Positions 45,066 through 55,199 of a stretch of DNA of 64,000 nt are shown here, one piece after another. Positions within the stretch are counted from its first letter, which is position 1, and each line of letters starts with the position of its first letter. The notes below the pieces were generated by a model. The model did not search any database, was not told the origin of the DNA, and saw only the letters and a program-made list of their open reading frames with translations. The translations under genes and the position numbers were made by a program. Source of the stretch: Candidatus Omnitrophota bacterium (GTDB lineage: Bacteria; Omnitrophota; Gorgyraeia; 2-01-FULL-45-10); contig JAQVUX010000008.1 in assembly GCA_028699255.1 (NCBI GenBank), positions 3,715 through 67,714 of the forward strand, read 5' to 3'.

Positions 45066-47030
45066 TTATTCATTCGAAATATCCACACTGAAACGCTTAT
45101 CCCCTGGACCCATCATCTTGGGAAATGACGGGAAAGGCGATGCGGCCTTGACTGCATTTATGGCGGCCGTATCGAGTTCCGGGTTCGATGACCTGACGAT
45201 ATCCGGCCCGCCCTTTATCTCGCCCTTTGGCGACAATAGGAAAGTAACCCGCACGCTACCCTTTTTTAAGGTACCGCGTTTTGCCTTCGGGAGGCTCGCA
45301 TTTTGCATTATCAGGCTCTTCAGCGCGTAACCGTAATCCTCCGAAGTAGTTGTTACGAATTTTTTGGCGGCCCAGCCTTTTTCCAATTCAAGCGCAGGCT
45401 GTTTCTTGGTTTTAAACATACCGGGATCTATCGGATATTCATTCCTTCTCTCGAATGTCGGTTTCTCGTTCGTCGTAAATCCTTTTTCATTGATCGGATA
45501 TGTTTCCGGCTGTTCCAAAAGATCGTATTCACCGGTTACTATATGAGGCGTCAAAAATACTACAAGCTCCTGTTTCTGCACTCTATCATTAGTCTTCTGG
45601 AACGCTTTACCTATGATCGGGATATCTCCCAGCACCGGTATCTTGTCAACGGTACTCGTTCTTTCATCTTTTATCAACCCGCCTATTATTATGGTCGTCC
45701 CATCCTTTACCGTAACGGATGTCTCCGCCTGTGTGGTCTGGACTATCGGAACGGTGGTGGAGGGGCTTCCGTAAGTATAATTATCCGTTGACGAACTGAC
45801 TTCCGGCTTTATCTTCATAGTTACGAAACCGTCTTTATTGATGGTTGGCGTCACGTACAATTTTACGCCTATATCGATAAAGGTAAGATTTGTCGCAGTG
45901 GTAGCAAGGCCCGTCGTCTGAGTAACGGTATTTGTGGCGTATGGCTGGGATACACCCACCAGTATCTTCGCCTCCTGATTATTGAGCGCCGTTATCCTCG
46001 GGCTTGATAGCAAGTCAGTATTGCCGATGGTTTTTAATACCTGTATCATCAGCGCCCAGTCGGATTCACCGATGGCACCTATAACTATCTGAGCGCCGGG
46101 GACGAAAGCGCCCTGTACCGCCTGCTGGAACATACTCGATATATTGATACCTTTACTTGCCGAACCGACTTTCTGTATGACAGACGTCCAGTCGACACCA
46201 AGCTTATATTCGTCGGTCAACGTTATCTGCACTATCTTCGCTTCTATTAAAACCTGTTGGAGCTTATCATCAAACGCCGTAACAAGCGCCTCTACCTCCG
46301 ACATTTTTTTATCGAGATCGGTAACGGCTATCTTATTCGTCCGCTCGTCGATCTGCATGGTGCCGATGCCTTTGGTCAGCGATTCCGATACCTTGGCTTT
46401 AAGATCCGCGGCCTTTGCGTATTTGAGCTCAAATACTTTCGTTACCGTCAGCATATCCATCTTGGCCAGTGCTTCCGATATCTGCTCCACCGTCTGCGGT
46501 GAATCGATAACAACTATGGTGTTGGATCCGTCATCCACCACTATCTTGCCTACCTTGGTCTTCATCTGATTCAGCGCTTTCGAAGCGTCACTCGCCTTCG
46601 CGTATTTCAGCTGGAACACTTTGACTTCTTTCCTGTCGCCGTACTTCTCACCGTAGGCCGTCTCATACTCCCTTTGCGACATGACATACACTATGTCGCC
46701 GCGCCTATCGCAGGCCAGGCCGTTGGAGGCGAGTATTATCTCGAGGGCATCCATGATATTGACGCTCTTCAAAAATATAGTAACGCGGCCTTTAACATCG
46801 TTCGAGAGGACCACGTTCATATTGCCTTTCGTCGCGAGCATCTTTATAACCTCCACGACGTCCATGCCTTTCAGGTCGAGCGATATCTTATCGGAAACAG
46901 ACGTTTGGATCATGGGGCCTTTAACCACGGATGGCGTGGACTCCAGCTGGGCATAGGCCGGGCAGATATTGCCGGCGGGCAAAATAGAAGTAAAAGCAAT
47001 CATGGTAATTATCGAAACTATCTTCTTCAT
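45066..47030 (-). CDS. gspD: Secretin (GspD/PilQ family) with C-terminal TonB_C-like domain
   Basis: Signal peptide, N0/N1 repeats (KVFQLKYAKASDASKAL, KVFELKYAKAADLKAKV), secretin core ...DKIPVLGDIPIIGKAFQ...VVFLTPHIV. C-terminal ~130 aa ends GTLKKGSVRVTFLLSPKGEI...SSNPELDTAAINAVKAASPFPSFP, which is TonB-C-like. Confidence 0.8.
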   Translation of the reverse strand: MKKIVSIITMIAFTSILPAGNICPAYAQLESTPSVVKGPMIQTSVSDKISLDLKGMDVVEVIKMLATKGNMNVVLSNDVKGRVTIFLKSVNIMDALEIILASNGLACDRRGDIVYVMSQREYETAYGEKYGDRKEVKVFQLKYAKASDASKALNQMKTKVGKIVVDDGSNTIVVIDSPQTVEQISEALAKMDMLTVTKVFELKYAKAADLKAKVSESLTKGIGTMQIDERTNKIAVTDLDKKMSEVEALVTAFDDKLQQVLIEAKIVQITLTDEYKLGVDWTSVIQKVGSASKGINISSMFQQAVQGAFVPGAQIVIGAIGESDWALMIQVLKTIGNTDLLSSPRITALNNQEAKILVGVSQPYATNTVTQTTGLATTATNLTFIDIGVKLYVTPTINKDGFVTMKIKPEVSSSTDNYTYGSPSTTVPIVQTTQAETSVTVKDGTTIIIGGLIKDERTSTVDKIPVLGDIPIIGKAFQKTNDRVQKQELVVFLTPHIVTGEYDLLEQPETYPINEKGFTTNEKPTFERRNEYPIDPGMFKTKKQPALELEKGWAAKKFVTTTSEDYGYALKSLIMQNASLPKAKRGTLKKGSVRVTFLLSPKGEIKGGPDIVRSSNPELDTAAINAVKAASPFPSFPKMMGPGDKRFSVDISNE

Positions 47031-47071
47031 AAAATCCTCCGTGTTTACGCTAAGCTTCTGGAATTGTTTTT

Positions 47072-47722
47072 TTACAAAAATAATGATATCTTCCGGCCGC
47101 CGTAATCGAGGACAACTTTGCCCTCGGATATCTCCTCGACGACATATCCATTGAAGGACTGGCCCTTATTAAGGTAGTACGTCTTCTGAGCCTTCTTATC
47201 CTCTACGATCGCCTGGGGATTGTCACCGGTTATTATGCCTACAAGCCCGAGCTTCTCGGAGATGCCGTCGGAGGATCCCACCTCTTCCGGAGTTGACGCC
47301 TCGCCGGGTGACTGGCCAAATACCACAGCCCCGCCGCCCGCGGTCGAATACGATGAATAATCCTTAACCACAACCGCCTTCTTGGCAGTGGCTTTCCTTG
47401 TCGATTCAGGAATTGGTTTGGAAATAAGCGCCTGGATGTTTTTATACGGCCTGACGAAGATAAGGTCTATCAATAAATATAAGGCGAGCACGCCAAGCAC
47501 GATAAAGAGGTATTTGTTTAAACTTTTTAGTGTTTGCGGCTCAAAAGCCTTACCTTTGAATATATCGCTTTTCAACATACCGGATATGCGCTCATCCGCC
47601 TTCGACGCTATCGTGGCGGAAGTCTTCGCAATATCCGCCTGCAAAGCGGTCGGGCCATTAGACTTGGCCTTGTTTTTTATGAGTTTTAGCAATCGTTCTT
47701 CCGGAGATACGTCTTTTACCAT
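47072..47722 (-). CDS. GspC/PilP-like inner-membrane secretin-interacting protein
   Basis: Cytoplasmic N-terminus, one TM, C-terminal beta domain GLVGIITGDNPQAIVEDKK...GKVVLDYGGRKISL resembling an HR/PilP domain. Confidence 0.45.
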   Translation of the reverse strand: MVKDVSPEERLLKLIKNKAKSNGPTALQADIAKTSATIASKADERISGMLKSDIFKGKAFEPQTLKSLNKYLFIVLGVLALYLLIDLIFVRPYKNIQALISKPIPESTRKATAKKAVVVKDYSSYSTAGGGAVVFGQSPGEASTPEEVGSSDGISEKLGLVGIITGDNPQAIVEDKKAQKTYYLNKGQSFNGYVVEEISEGKVVLDYGGRKISLFL

Positions 47723-48538
47723 CTATATGCTTTCTCTTTCGATTATCTTCGATATAAGGGTGCTGTCTACCACGGATTTATTGTGCATCACAAGCGCTTC
47801 AAGCGCATTATGGCATATGAGCGATGTCTTCCTCGGATATCCTTCGGTGTATTCGTATATGCTCCTGATCGCTTCATCCGTAAATACCTTCCTGGATCCG
47901 TCGAGGCCCGCCTCGACGAGGCGGAACTCTATAAGTTCTTTCGTCTCTTCTTCGTCTAGAGGATTGATAATATATTTTAGGGCGATGCGATCGTAAAAAT
48001 TCTTCACCTTCTTTATGCGCGGCAAAAGTTCCATCTGCGACACAAGAACTAATTGTAGAAGTTTGTATTCGTTCGTCTCATAATTAAGAAGCGTCCTGAG
48101 TATTTCAAGAAACGGCGTGGACAGCTTCTGCCCTTCATCTATTAATAGCACCACCGTCTTATTCTCATCGACGCCCTTCTTAAAAAGATACTTCTCTATT
48201 TCTTCCCTGTAGTCGAGAGTAGAGCGGGCATCCGGCTTTATACCAAACATCTTGGTAAGGCTTTCTAAGAATTGAAACTCTGATTTATAGGATGGGTCGA
48301 GTATTATGTGGAATGTGTAATCGTCGTCGTTGGCAAACGTCTGCAGAAGCGCGCGCGACATCGTCGTCTTGCCGATGCCCACATCGCCCAGAATAACACT
48401 TAGCCCCCTTTTCAATCTTATTGCTATCTCCAGGCGTTGTATCGCCGTAGAGTGCGCGGACGAACGGTAAAAGAATGCCGGATCCGGGCTTGTCGAAAAA
48501 GGCTCTTTTTTTAGTCCAAGTATTTCGTAGTAACTCAT
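47723..48538 (-). CDS. ExeA/GspA/MshM-like AAA ATPase
   Basis: YYEILGLKKEPFSTSPDPAFFY...GDVGIGKTT matches the ExeA N-terminal ATPase pattern; lacks the periplasmic part. Confidence 0.65.
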   Translation of the reverse strand: MSYYEILGLKKEPFSTSPDPAFFYRSSAHSTAIQRLEIAIRLKRGLSVILGDVGIGKTTMSRALLQTFANDDDYTFHIILDPSYKSEFQFLESLTKMFGIKPDARSTLDYREEIEKYLFKKGVDENKTVVLLIDEGQKLSTPFLEILRTLLNYETNEYKLLQLVLVSQMELLPRIKKVKNFYDRIALKYIINPLDEEETKELIEFRLVEAGLDGSRKVFTDEAIRSIYEYTEGYPRKTSLICHNALEALVMHNKSVVDSTLISKIIERESI

Positions 48539-48774
48539 GCTACTTCTTCCTTAATAATATTCTCTATCTTTTTCAACGACACTTTTTGATGGCGAAGCTC
48601 GATTATCTTCTTCAATTCTTCGAGCGTAGAATCGTCGAAGTACCTGAAATTAGTACCTTCGCTCCTCGATATTTCTTTGATAAGGCCAAGTTTGAGGTAG
48701 TATTTGATAGTATAAACGGATAGCCCTGAAAGGCTGGATAGGTCTTTAATAAGGTATATGTTCTTCTCGCTCAT
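48535..48774 (-). CDS. MerR-family HTH regulator (79 aa, DNA-binding domain only) inside the T2SS operon
   Basis: YLIKDLSSLSGLSVYTIKYYLKLGLI is a MerR wHTH. Palindrome TACTCTC-N6-GAGAGTA at 48803-48822 just upstream. Confidence 0.6.
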   Translation of the reverse strand: MSEKNIYLIKDLSSLSGLSVYTIKYYLKLGLIKEISRSEGTNFRYFDDSTLEELKKIIELRHQKVSLKKIENIIKEEVA

Positions 48775-48867
48775 ATCACTCTCTACTTGGAGAGTAGTAT
48801 ATTACTCTCTGGTTAGAGAGTATAGCATAACGACCTTCTATGTCAACAAAAATCTTCACAATAACGG

Positions 48868-49410
48868 TTATTCTATGATTATCTTGCTGATAATAAAACT
48901 TCCGCGGAGGGCGCCTTCCTGACCCGCTTTTGAGGTCAGTACGAAGTGGCGGACTTTGAGAATGGCTGATTTGGTATTTTCTATATCATATAAAAATTTG
49001 GTAAACTGGCTGAGGCTCCCTTCCGAAGAAAGATCGACCATTATCTCTTTATATTTACCGTGATCTTTAGTACCGACAGGCTTTATATTCAGTATAAGGC
49101 ATGAGTCGGACCGCGATAGATCCTCGAGGTATGATAGAATTTCGGCCGCGGTTTCTTCCTCATTCTTCTCCGACTTAACATATTTGGAAAATTTCGAGTA
49201 GTCCGATTCCAGAGCCTTACGTTCCGCGAGTATGGCCAGATCTTTCTTAAGTGTGACCGCCTTCGACCTCATCTCGAAATTTAAAGCCTGCCATTCCCGC
49301 GCGATGGGCTCGAGGATCAACACATAAAGCGCGGATACGATGACTATGAGCACCGTAGCGTATGCTATCGAACTTTCACGCTTGGACATATTTTTTAAGA
49401 TATGGCGCAT
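48868..49410 (-). CDS. PilO/GspM-like bitopic protein
   Basis: N-terminal TM, coiled coil, C-terminal ferredoxin-like region; operon position after the PilMN fusion. Confidence 0.5.
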   Translation of the reverse strand: MRHILKNMSKRESSIAYATVLIVIVSALYVLILEPIAREWQALNFEMRSKAVTLKKDLAILAERKALESDYSKFSKYVKSEKNEEETAAEILSYLEDLSRSDSCLILNIKPVGTKDHGKYKEIMVDLSSEGSLSQFTKFLYDIENTKSAILKVRHFVLTSKAGQEGALRGSFIISKIIIE

Positions 49411-50810
49411 ATTATCTCGAAGTCGGCCGCATTCAAACTCTGGCCGATCCTTTTATTTGCGTATTTGACTTTGACGTTCTTAAAATACTGCGACTTGCCG
49501 AGGACACTCACATATTTGAATACCTCGCTCAAGCTCGAGGCGGCACCCCGGAGAGTAACGCTCTTGCGTTCTTCATACTCTACCATACCGAGCGTTATGC
49601 TTTGCGGTGTTATCTTGAAAACCTCGGTAACGAGATCTATCGCGAGCGGACGCTCCGAGAGCTTATCTGTAACGAGTTCTATGTCCTTCGCCATCTTTTT
49701 CGCGGCCTTGACGCGCGGAGCTATCTTTTTAAGTTCGGAATCTACGTAAGCGATATAGACACGCTTGTCGTGGAGTTTTTTCATCACCACGATGAATGTC
49801 GTCAGCGCTATAAGGATAATAACAGCGCCGGCTATAATTATATTCTTCTTTACCGCCTCGAGGCGCAGTTCTTCCCTGCGCGAGGCAGGCAGAAGGTCTA
49901 TTTTCACGTCTTCATTCTTTAATGCCAGGCCGAAGAGTTCCGTGAACGATGCATCGCCGCATTCCATCCTGGCGCCTTCGCGCACAGGTATATTATGCAT
50001 CTGGTCTACAACCTCGACAGAAGCATTCAGTCTTACGGCTATAAGTCCTTTTAATTCATCTATGCGGGAAGAGACACCGGTCAATATTATTTTGCCGACA
50101 GAATGCTTCGACTCTTTTTTATACGCGGCCAGCGAGACGCTGATCTCTTTTATTATCCTCTCCGCCGCGGTCGCGGCAGTTTCCGGAGAGCATAAGGCTC
50201 CTCTGGTAAAGACAAGCTTATCCCCTGCGATGATATCGATATCGATGTGCCCTGAATCTATGTTTGCCAATAGGACGACCGCGTCCGACTGAGTGTGGTT
50301 GGCCGCGAGATACCACAGAAGGAGCGCCTCCGAGCTTAAGGAAACGGATTCCACCACAAGGCCTGAGTTCGTTAATGTCTGTATCTGAGCGCGCACGCCG
50401 TCGGCCTGCGCAACGGCTATCATGACGCTCGAATAGCCGTCTTCCTGCTTCTCTATAACGCGGTATCCGGACACCATTTCCTCATCGGCATATGGAACGT
50501 GCTTTGCCGATTCTATCGCGGCCATTTTTTTTATCTCAGCATCATCTGTGGACGGAAGCTTCAAGAATCTGACCGTTACGAGGTGCCTGGGTATATTAAG
50601 CCGCACGCGGCGGGGAATGCTAAGGGAGGTAAATATGCCTTTTATCTCTTCGGATACGTTTTCGACGGCGATCGTCTTCTTTAAGGCAAGCGCTGTCTGC
50701 CGAACGCCTTTAAGTTCGGGCGCCCACGCAAGTTTTATGAAATCGTCGCCCATCTCGAGCGCTATGAAGTCGTTCGTATCGTCGAAGACGTCTCTTATGT
50801 GCTCTGTCAA
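49395..50810 (-). CDS. PilM-PilN fusion (GspL-like): actin-like ATPase domain, TM, then PilN-like periplasmic domain
   Basis: ~330-aa PilM-like region, TM IIIAGAVIILIALTTFIVV, ~130-aa periplasmic tail. Confidence 0.65.
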   Translation of the reverse strand: MTEHIRDVFDDTNDFIALEMGDDFIKLAWAPELKGVRQTALALKKTIAVENVSEEIKGIFTSLSIPRRVRLNIPRHLVTVRFLKLPSTDDAEIKKMAAIESAKHVPYADEEMVSGYRVIEKQEDGYSSVMIAVAQADGVRAQIQTLTNSGLVVESVSLSSEALLLWYLAANHTQSDAVVLLANIDSGHIDIDIIAGDKLVFTRGALCSPETAATAAERIIKEISVSLAAYKKESKHSVGKIILTGVSSRIDELKGLIAVRLNASVEVVDQMHNIPVREGARMECGDASFTELFGLALKNEDVKIDLLPASRREELRLEAVKKNIIIAGAVIILIALTTFIVVMKKLHDKRVYIAYVDSELKKIAPRVKAAKKMAKDIELVTDKLSERPLAIDLVTEVFKITPQSITLGMVEYEERKSVTLRGAASSLSEVFKYVSVLGKSQYFKNVKVKYANKRIGQSLNAADFEIICAIS

Positions 50811-50947
50811 CCGGGGTAATGTTTTGATAGTGTTCCTCCGAACTCTATATTAGAGCAACGGGATTTAGTTGTCAATTCTTTCGATTTCCAAACGTTCCCG
50901 AACCAGGCCTGTAGAAACAGTTTACATGCTCAAGCCTGACCGGGAAA

Positions 50948-51955
50948 TCAATGCTCACGATAATATAAACACTTAGCGCCGCTCGTTTCGGATTTCGAAA
51001 CGACCAAAACCACCGATTTGCCTATCTTCGAGCCTTTTACCAATCCCGTCGATTCGATCCTGAAAAAATTGGATTTTATTTTGAGCCGCCCTTTAAGCTC
51101 GGCGATCTGCGCGGCGGAAAGCTCCGGCAATACATTCTCTATCGAAACGTCGGAATTAAAACTATTGTCGTCCTTCGTCCCCTTCTCTTTGTCGGGGCCG
51201 TTACGAAGTTCGATTATCCTGTCGGCAAAGTAATCGGACGTTACCTTATCCTGCGCGGCGTCGGCCATAATAAGAATACTCAATACCTCTTTCAGCGCCG
51301 TATTTATATTTACCGTGAATTTAGCGGCATCGCCGTATATTGTTACATAAGGCTTCAGCTTATCGAATATCTTCCGGCTTATGCCTTTAACGAGCAGGAG
51401 CTCTTCTATAACGCTAAATGCGGCATGTTTGCACTTATATGGAGCCGGGAGGGATTCATAGTAACCGTCGTCTAAGCCCGTTCCGGAACTGCGCCACTGC
51501 ACTATGTCGGAAGCGATCGTAGGGTCTTCACCGACATATATGAGGAGATTTTTTAAAATATTCTCGGGCGCAGTATTTATGTTAATCTTGCGCTCTTCAT
51601 CGGACATCCCCGGATATACAGTTTCGCTTTCCTTATATGACACACTAAAAATACCGTCGGTAAGAGAGCCTTTGAATATGGCTTTCATCTCATCGGGGTC
51701 ACTCGCCTCTTCGGCAGAAAAAGCTGTGCCGCACTCATAAATGGAATCTGCGGTACTCGGGCTTTTTGAAAAACGGTATTTCGCTTTTACAGCGCCGGCT
51801 TTTGCCAGATAAAGCGCTTTCGCGGAATCCATGTTGTATTTAGAAAGTCTCGCCTCCACTGACACGCGGAAGCCTATGCCCATCGCGAGGATGGCAAGTA
51901 TCGCAAGTATCCATAAAGATGTTATAAATATCGCTCCGCGTTTATTTCCTATCAT
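50948..51955 (-). CDS. gspK: Minor pseudopilin GspK-like; start moved to internal Met giving 4-nt overlap with the upstream gene
   Basis: MIGNKRGAIFITSLWILAILAI prepilin-like N-terminus; KININTA helix-hairpin-helix signature. The track's extension overlaps the gspJ-like gene by 109 nt. Confidence 0.65.
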   Translation of the reverse strand: MIGNKRGAIFITSLWILAILAILAMGIGFRVSVEARLSKYNMDSAKALYLAKAGAVKAKYRFSKSPSTADSIYECGTAFSAEEASDPDEMKAIFKGSLTDGIFSVSYKESETVYPGMSDEERKININTAPENILKNLLIYVGEDPTIASDIVQWRSSGTGLDDGYYESLPAPYKCKHAAFSVIEELLLVKGISRKIFDKLKPYVTIYGDAAKFTVNINTALKEVLSILIMADAAQDKVTSDYFADRIIELRNGPDKEKGTKDDNSFNSDVSIENVLPELSAAQIAELKGRLKIKSNFFRIESTGLVKGSKIGKSVVLVVSKSETSGAKCLYYREH

Positions 51956-52620
51956 TCTTCCTCGCCCAAAATGCCTGTGGGGACAAAAACCGTTTTTCGG
52001 AATTCGCCCACTTTTATCCTGACACCACGCGGGACATCCTGCACGTTTTTTTCTTCCCACGCGTCACGCCATTCATATTCGTATTCGGTATTCGATAATT
52101 TTGCCTTGTAACAGTACTCGATCCCAAAATCTTTTTCATTAATATCCTTCAAGATTTCCGACGACCGGGCGTTGTCCTCGTTCAAGCCCTCCGCCGCTGT
52201 AGCGACGAGCCGCCGCAAACATTTTTTGTCCTTATCGTAAGCGTAAGTAACTCTCGCGAGCTCTTCGCGAAAACCGGTCTCGGGATCGGACACGCCTATT
52301 ACGGTAATAAAAGACATCCTGTCGGCGGCGCCTTCAAAGTTTATCCTGCCTTCGTATTCCGCGCCGAAAACCGGCTTTGCAAGAGTTTCCGATTTCGGAT
52401 AATATGCTACGGCGTTCTTAAGATCCGCCGCCACGGTACCAAAGAAAATCCTCAAGCTCTGGTTCTCCTCTATCATAGGCGAGGTTTTAAGCCAGACACG
52501 GATACCTGCGTTGAATGTGCTGTATATGCTTACGGCTATTACCGCAAATATCGTAACCGCGATAATAAGTTCGATGAAGGTAAAAGCCCTGTTGTGCCTC
52601 GGGATATTTTTTAGCGTCAT
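51952..52620 (-). CDS. gspJ: Minor pseudopilin (GspJ-like)
   Basis: RAFTFIELIIAVTIFAV prepilin N-terminus. Confidence 0.55.
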   Translation of the reverse strand: MTLKNIPRHNRAFTFIELIIAVTIFAVIAVSIYSTFNAGIRVWLKTSPMIEENQSLRIFFGTVAADLKNAVAYYPKSETLAKPVFGAEYEGRINFEGAADRMSFITVIGVSDPETGFREELARVTYAYDKDKKCLRRLVATAAEGLNEDNARSSEILKDINEKDFGIEYCYKAKLSNTEYEYEWRDAWEEKNVQDVPRGVRIKVGEFRKTVFVPTGILGEEE

Positions 52621-53003
52621 TTTTTCTTATCCAGATATGTGTAAAGCGAATATTTATCCGGCGAGACGCCGGATATGTTTTTCCCATCGAATACGCTCAG
52701 TCTCACAGAACACAGGCCGTCCAAACGCTGATTTACCGGCGCGAGCGAAGAGGCCTCCACTTCCCAGCGATAGTTCTTATTGTCGGGGAAACTCCCGCTA
52801 TCCTTATCATCTTCAATAACACCCCGTTCCTCAAAATCATACATCTTCTCTTCCAGAAGTATCGAGTGACGGAATATAACTCGCGAGCGATCGAGCATCT
52901 CCTTTGCCGTCGAGTACACCCTCATGACAAAGAGAAGCCCGCCGGTTATCACTACCACACTTGCCATGACTTCCAGAAGCAGAAAACCTCTCCTACTCTT
53001 CAC
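52617..53003 (-). CDS. gspI: Minor pseudopilin (GspI-like)
   Basis: RGFLLLEVMASVVV prepilin N-terminus; 128 aa. Confidence 0.55.
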   Translation of the reverse strand: MKSRRGFLLLEVMASVVVITGGLLFVMRVYSTAKEMLDRSRVIFRHSILLEEKMYDFEERGVIEDDKDSGSFPDNKNYRWEVEASSLAPVNQRLDGLCSVRLSVFDGKNISGVSPDKYSLYTYLDKKK

Positions 53004-53505
53004 CGATAACCTCTTTTATCCCGGCTCCAAAGCCGAAGCCTTTGACGGCGACGCTGTAACCGTTACCTTTCGCGTCAACCACCTCAAGCGATAACTCATC
53101 ACAATGCCCGTCCGGGTAAAATAATACATGCTTCTTGTATTCTTCCTGCGTCTTTTGTGTAACGCCCGTTTTTGCGTCCCGGAAAAATAATCCCTGCGGC
53201 AGGAAAAAAACTTTACCGAACCGCTTATCCCCTTTTACATAAACTATACCTTCTGCCGAGGAATTGGATTCGAAAAGTTGATACGTGCGGCGGTTAAAAT
53301 CAAAAGTTATCCTGTAGTTCTTCCTGTCGATAACAGCGCGTTCCTGAGCGTAGCTTACTAATTTGGATATGTTGAATACCGCGTCTTTGGCTGAAAGAGC
53401 CGCGAAGGTTTTTCTGAATAGAGGTATAGATAATCCGACGAGAGAAAGAATTATAACCGTTACGAGAGTCAACTCTATTAATGTGAATGCCCGGACTCGC
53501 GTCAT
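52993..53505 (-). CDS. gspH: Minor pseudopilin (GspH-like)
   Basis: RAFTLIELTLVTVIIL prepilin N-terminus. Confidence 0.55.
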   Translation of the reverse strand: MTRVRAFTLIELTLVTVIILSLVGLSIPLFRKTFAALSAKDAVFNISKLVSYAQERAVIDRKNYRITFDFNRRTYQLFESNSSAEGIVYVKGDKRFGKVFFLPQGLFFRDAKTGVTQKTQEEYKKHVLFYPDGHCDELSLEVVDAKGNGYSVAVKGFGFGAGIKEVIGEE

Positions 53506-53949
53506 CTAATCCTGCGTTTCCGTTTCAGTGGCGGTGGATGTCGTCGCTTCCCAGTTCGTCACATCGTCACCTTCTCCGCTGTTATCGACGCCGTCCTTGC
53601 CGAATGAGTAAAGGTCATAGTCGCCGTGCGTCCCGGGATAAGTATATTTATACTCATGGCCCCACGGATCGATGGCTTTTTTCTTAAGGTACGGCCCCTT
53701 GCCGTCCTTCTTTTCGAGGAGAACCTCGAGATTCTCGGAATATGAACCATGATCTATCTCATACAGGTCGAGCGCCGAGGATATATTCGCCTCTATGTCC
53801 GCCTTGGCGGCGGCACGCTTGGCCTGCTCAGTCCTGCCGGCAAGGCGCGGCATGACCATGGCTACAAGAGTACCTATAATGATGACCACAAGCATCAGCT
53901 CGACCAGTGTAAAACCTCTTCTATCTTTACGCTCCATCTCATCCTCCAA
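53506..53949 (-). CDS. gspG: Major pseudopilin GspG
   Basis: RRGFTLVELMLVVIIIG...AKADI...DPWG matches the GspG consensus. Confidence 0.8.
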   Translation of the reverse strand: MEDEMERKDRRGFTLVELMLVVIIIGTLVAMVMPRLAGRTEQAKRAAAKADIEANISSALDLYEIDHGSYSENLEVLLEKKDGKGPYLKKKAIDPWGHEYKYTYPGTHGDYDLYSFGKDGVDNSGEGDDVTNWEATTSTATETETQD

Positions 53950-53963
53950 TTTGCTGTTGCTTT

Positions 53964-55181
53964 TTACCTCGTCATAAAATTTATTTCAAATATCGGCAAA
54001 AGCATCGCTATCACTATAAACCCGACTACAACGCCGAGTGTAAGTATGAGCGCGGGCTCCAGAAGCGACATCATCATCTTGACCGCCTCGTCCGATTCCC
54101 TATCGTATCCCTGGGCCACCTTAAAAAGAGAGCGCTCGATATGGCCGGCCTCTTCTCCTATGGCGATGATATTCACCACCACCGGTGGTATCACTTTGCT
54201 GTTAAAAAGACCTTTTGAAAGAGACGCCCCTTCTTTTACGGCGCCATAAGCGCGCTCGAGCTCCTCTTTCATAACGGCATTGTCTATCGTATCCGAAGTC
54301 ACCTTAAGCGATTCCAATATCGGGACGCCGTTCTCGAGAAGCGTGGCAAGTGTCCTGGCAAACCTGCCTATTTCGACTTTCATTATCAATTGGCCGAATA
54401 TCGGCATCTTCAATTTCATGCGATCCATCGCCAGACGCCCTTCCTTAGTCGCGTATGTCTTGACGAGGAACGCGCCGATAAAAAATATTGCGATGGCGAT
54501 AACCCACCAGTAGTTCTTTACCGTATTGCTTATGAAGAGAAGTATCTGCGTCGGCAGGGGAAGCGCTTGTCCAAGGTCGGAGAACATCACCATCATCTTC
54601 GGGATAACGAACGTCATCAGGACTATTATCGTGACAAGGCCTACGACCGACATTAGTATCGGATACGCCAGAGCCGTCTTTATCTTCGTCTCCACCTCAA
54701 GCTGTTTTTCTCCGAAGTCGGAAAGCCGTTTTAATATATTTTCCAGGGCTCCGCCCATCTCGCCGGAACGAACCATGCTGACGTAAAGATTTGAAAATAC
54801 CCTCGGGTGGCGGCCGAGCGCGTTGGATAAAGGATTGCCGGCCACGCAAAAATCACGCACATCCATTATGACATATTTCAGCCGTTTATTGGATGTCTGG
54901 TCATGTAAAAGGTCGAGGGCCCTTACTATGGTAAGCCCTGATTCGAGAAGATCGGAAAGCTGTCGCGTAAAATTAGCTATGTCTTTCGACGATATCCTGC
55001 CGAACATGCCCGAGGCGGCACCTTCGGCTTGCTGTGTAACGGCGCTTTCCTCGTCGATCGATACGAGATAATATCCCATACCTGCTATCTTCTGGATCGC
55101 GGCGGATCTATTATCGGCGACAAGAACGCCTTTAACCGTTTCCTTCGGGTTCTTCTTCGCCTCATATAAAAATCGCGCCAT
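53964..55181 (-). CDS. gspF: T2SS/T4P inner-membrane platform protein GspF
   Basis: 405 aa, two GspF repeats, 3 TM. Confidence 0.85.
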   Translation of the reverse strand: MARFLYEAKKNPKETVKGVLVADNRSAAIQKIAGMGYYLVSIDEESAVTQQAEGAASGMFGRISSKDIANFTRQLSDLLESGLTIVRALDLLHDQTSNKRLKYVIMDVRDFCVAGNPLSNALGRHPRVFSNLYVSMVRSGEMGGALENILKRLSDFGEKQLEVETKIKTALAYPILMSVVGLVTIIVLMTFVIPKMMVMFSDLGQALPLPTQILLFISNTVKNYWWVIAIAIFFIGAFLVKTYATKEGRLAMDRMKLKMPIFGQLIMKVEIGRFARTLATLLENGVPILESLKVTSDTIDNAVMKEELERAYGAVKEGASLSKGLFNSKVIPPVVVNIIAIGEEAGHIERSLFKVAQGYDRESDEAVKMMMSLLEPALILTLGVVVGFIVIAMLLPIFEINFMTR

Positions 55182-55199
55182 AAAAACTCCGCTTTCCGG

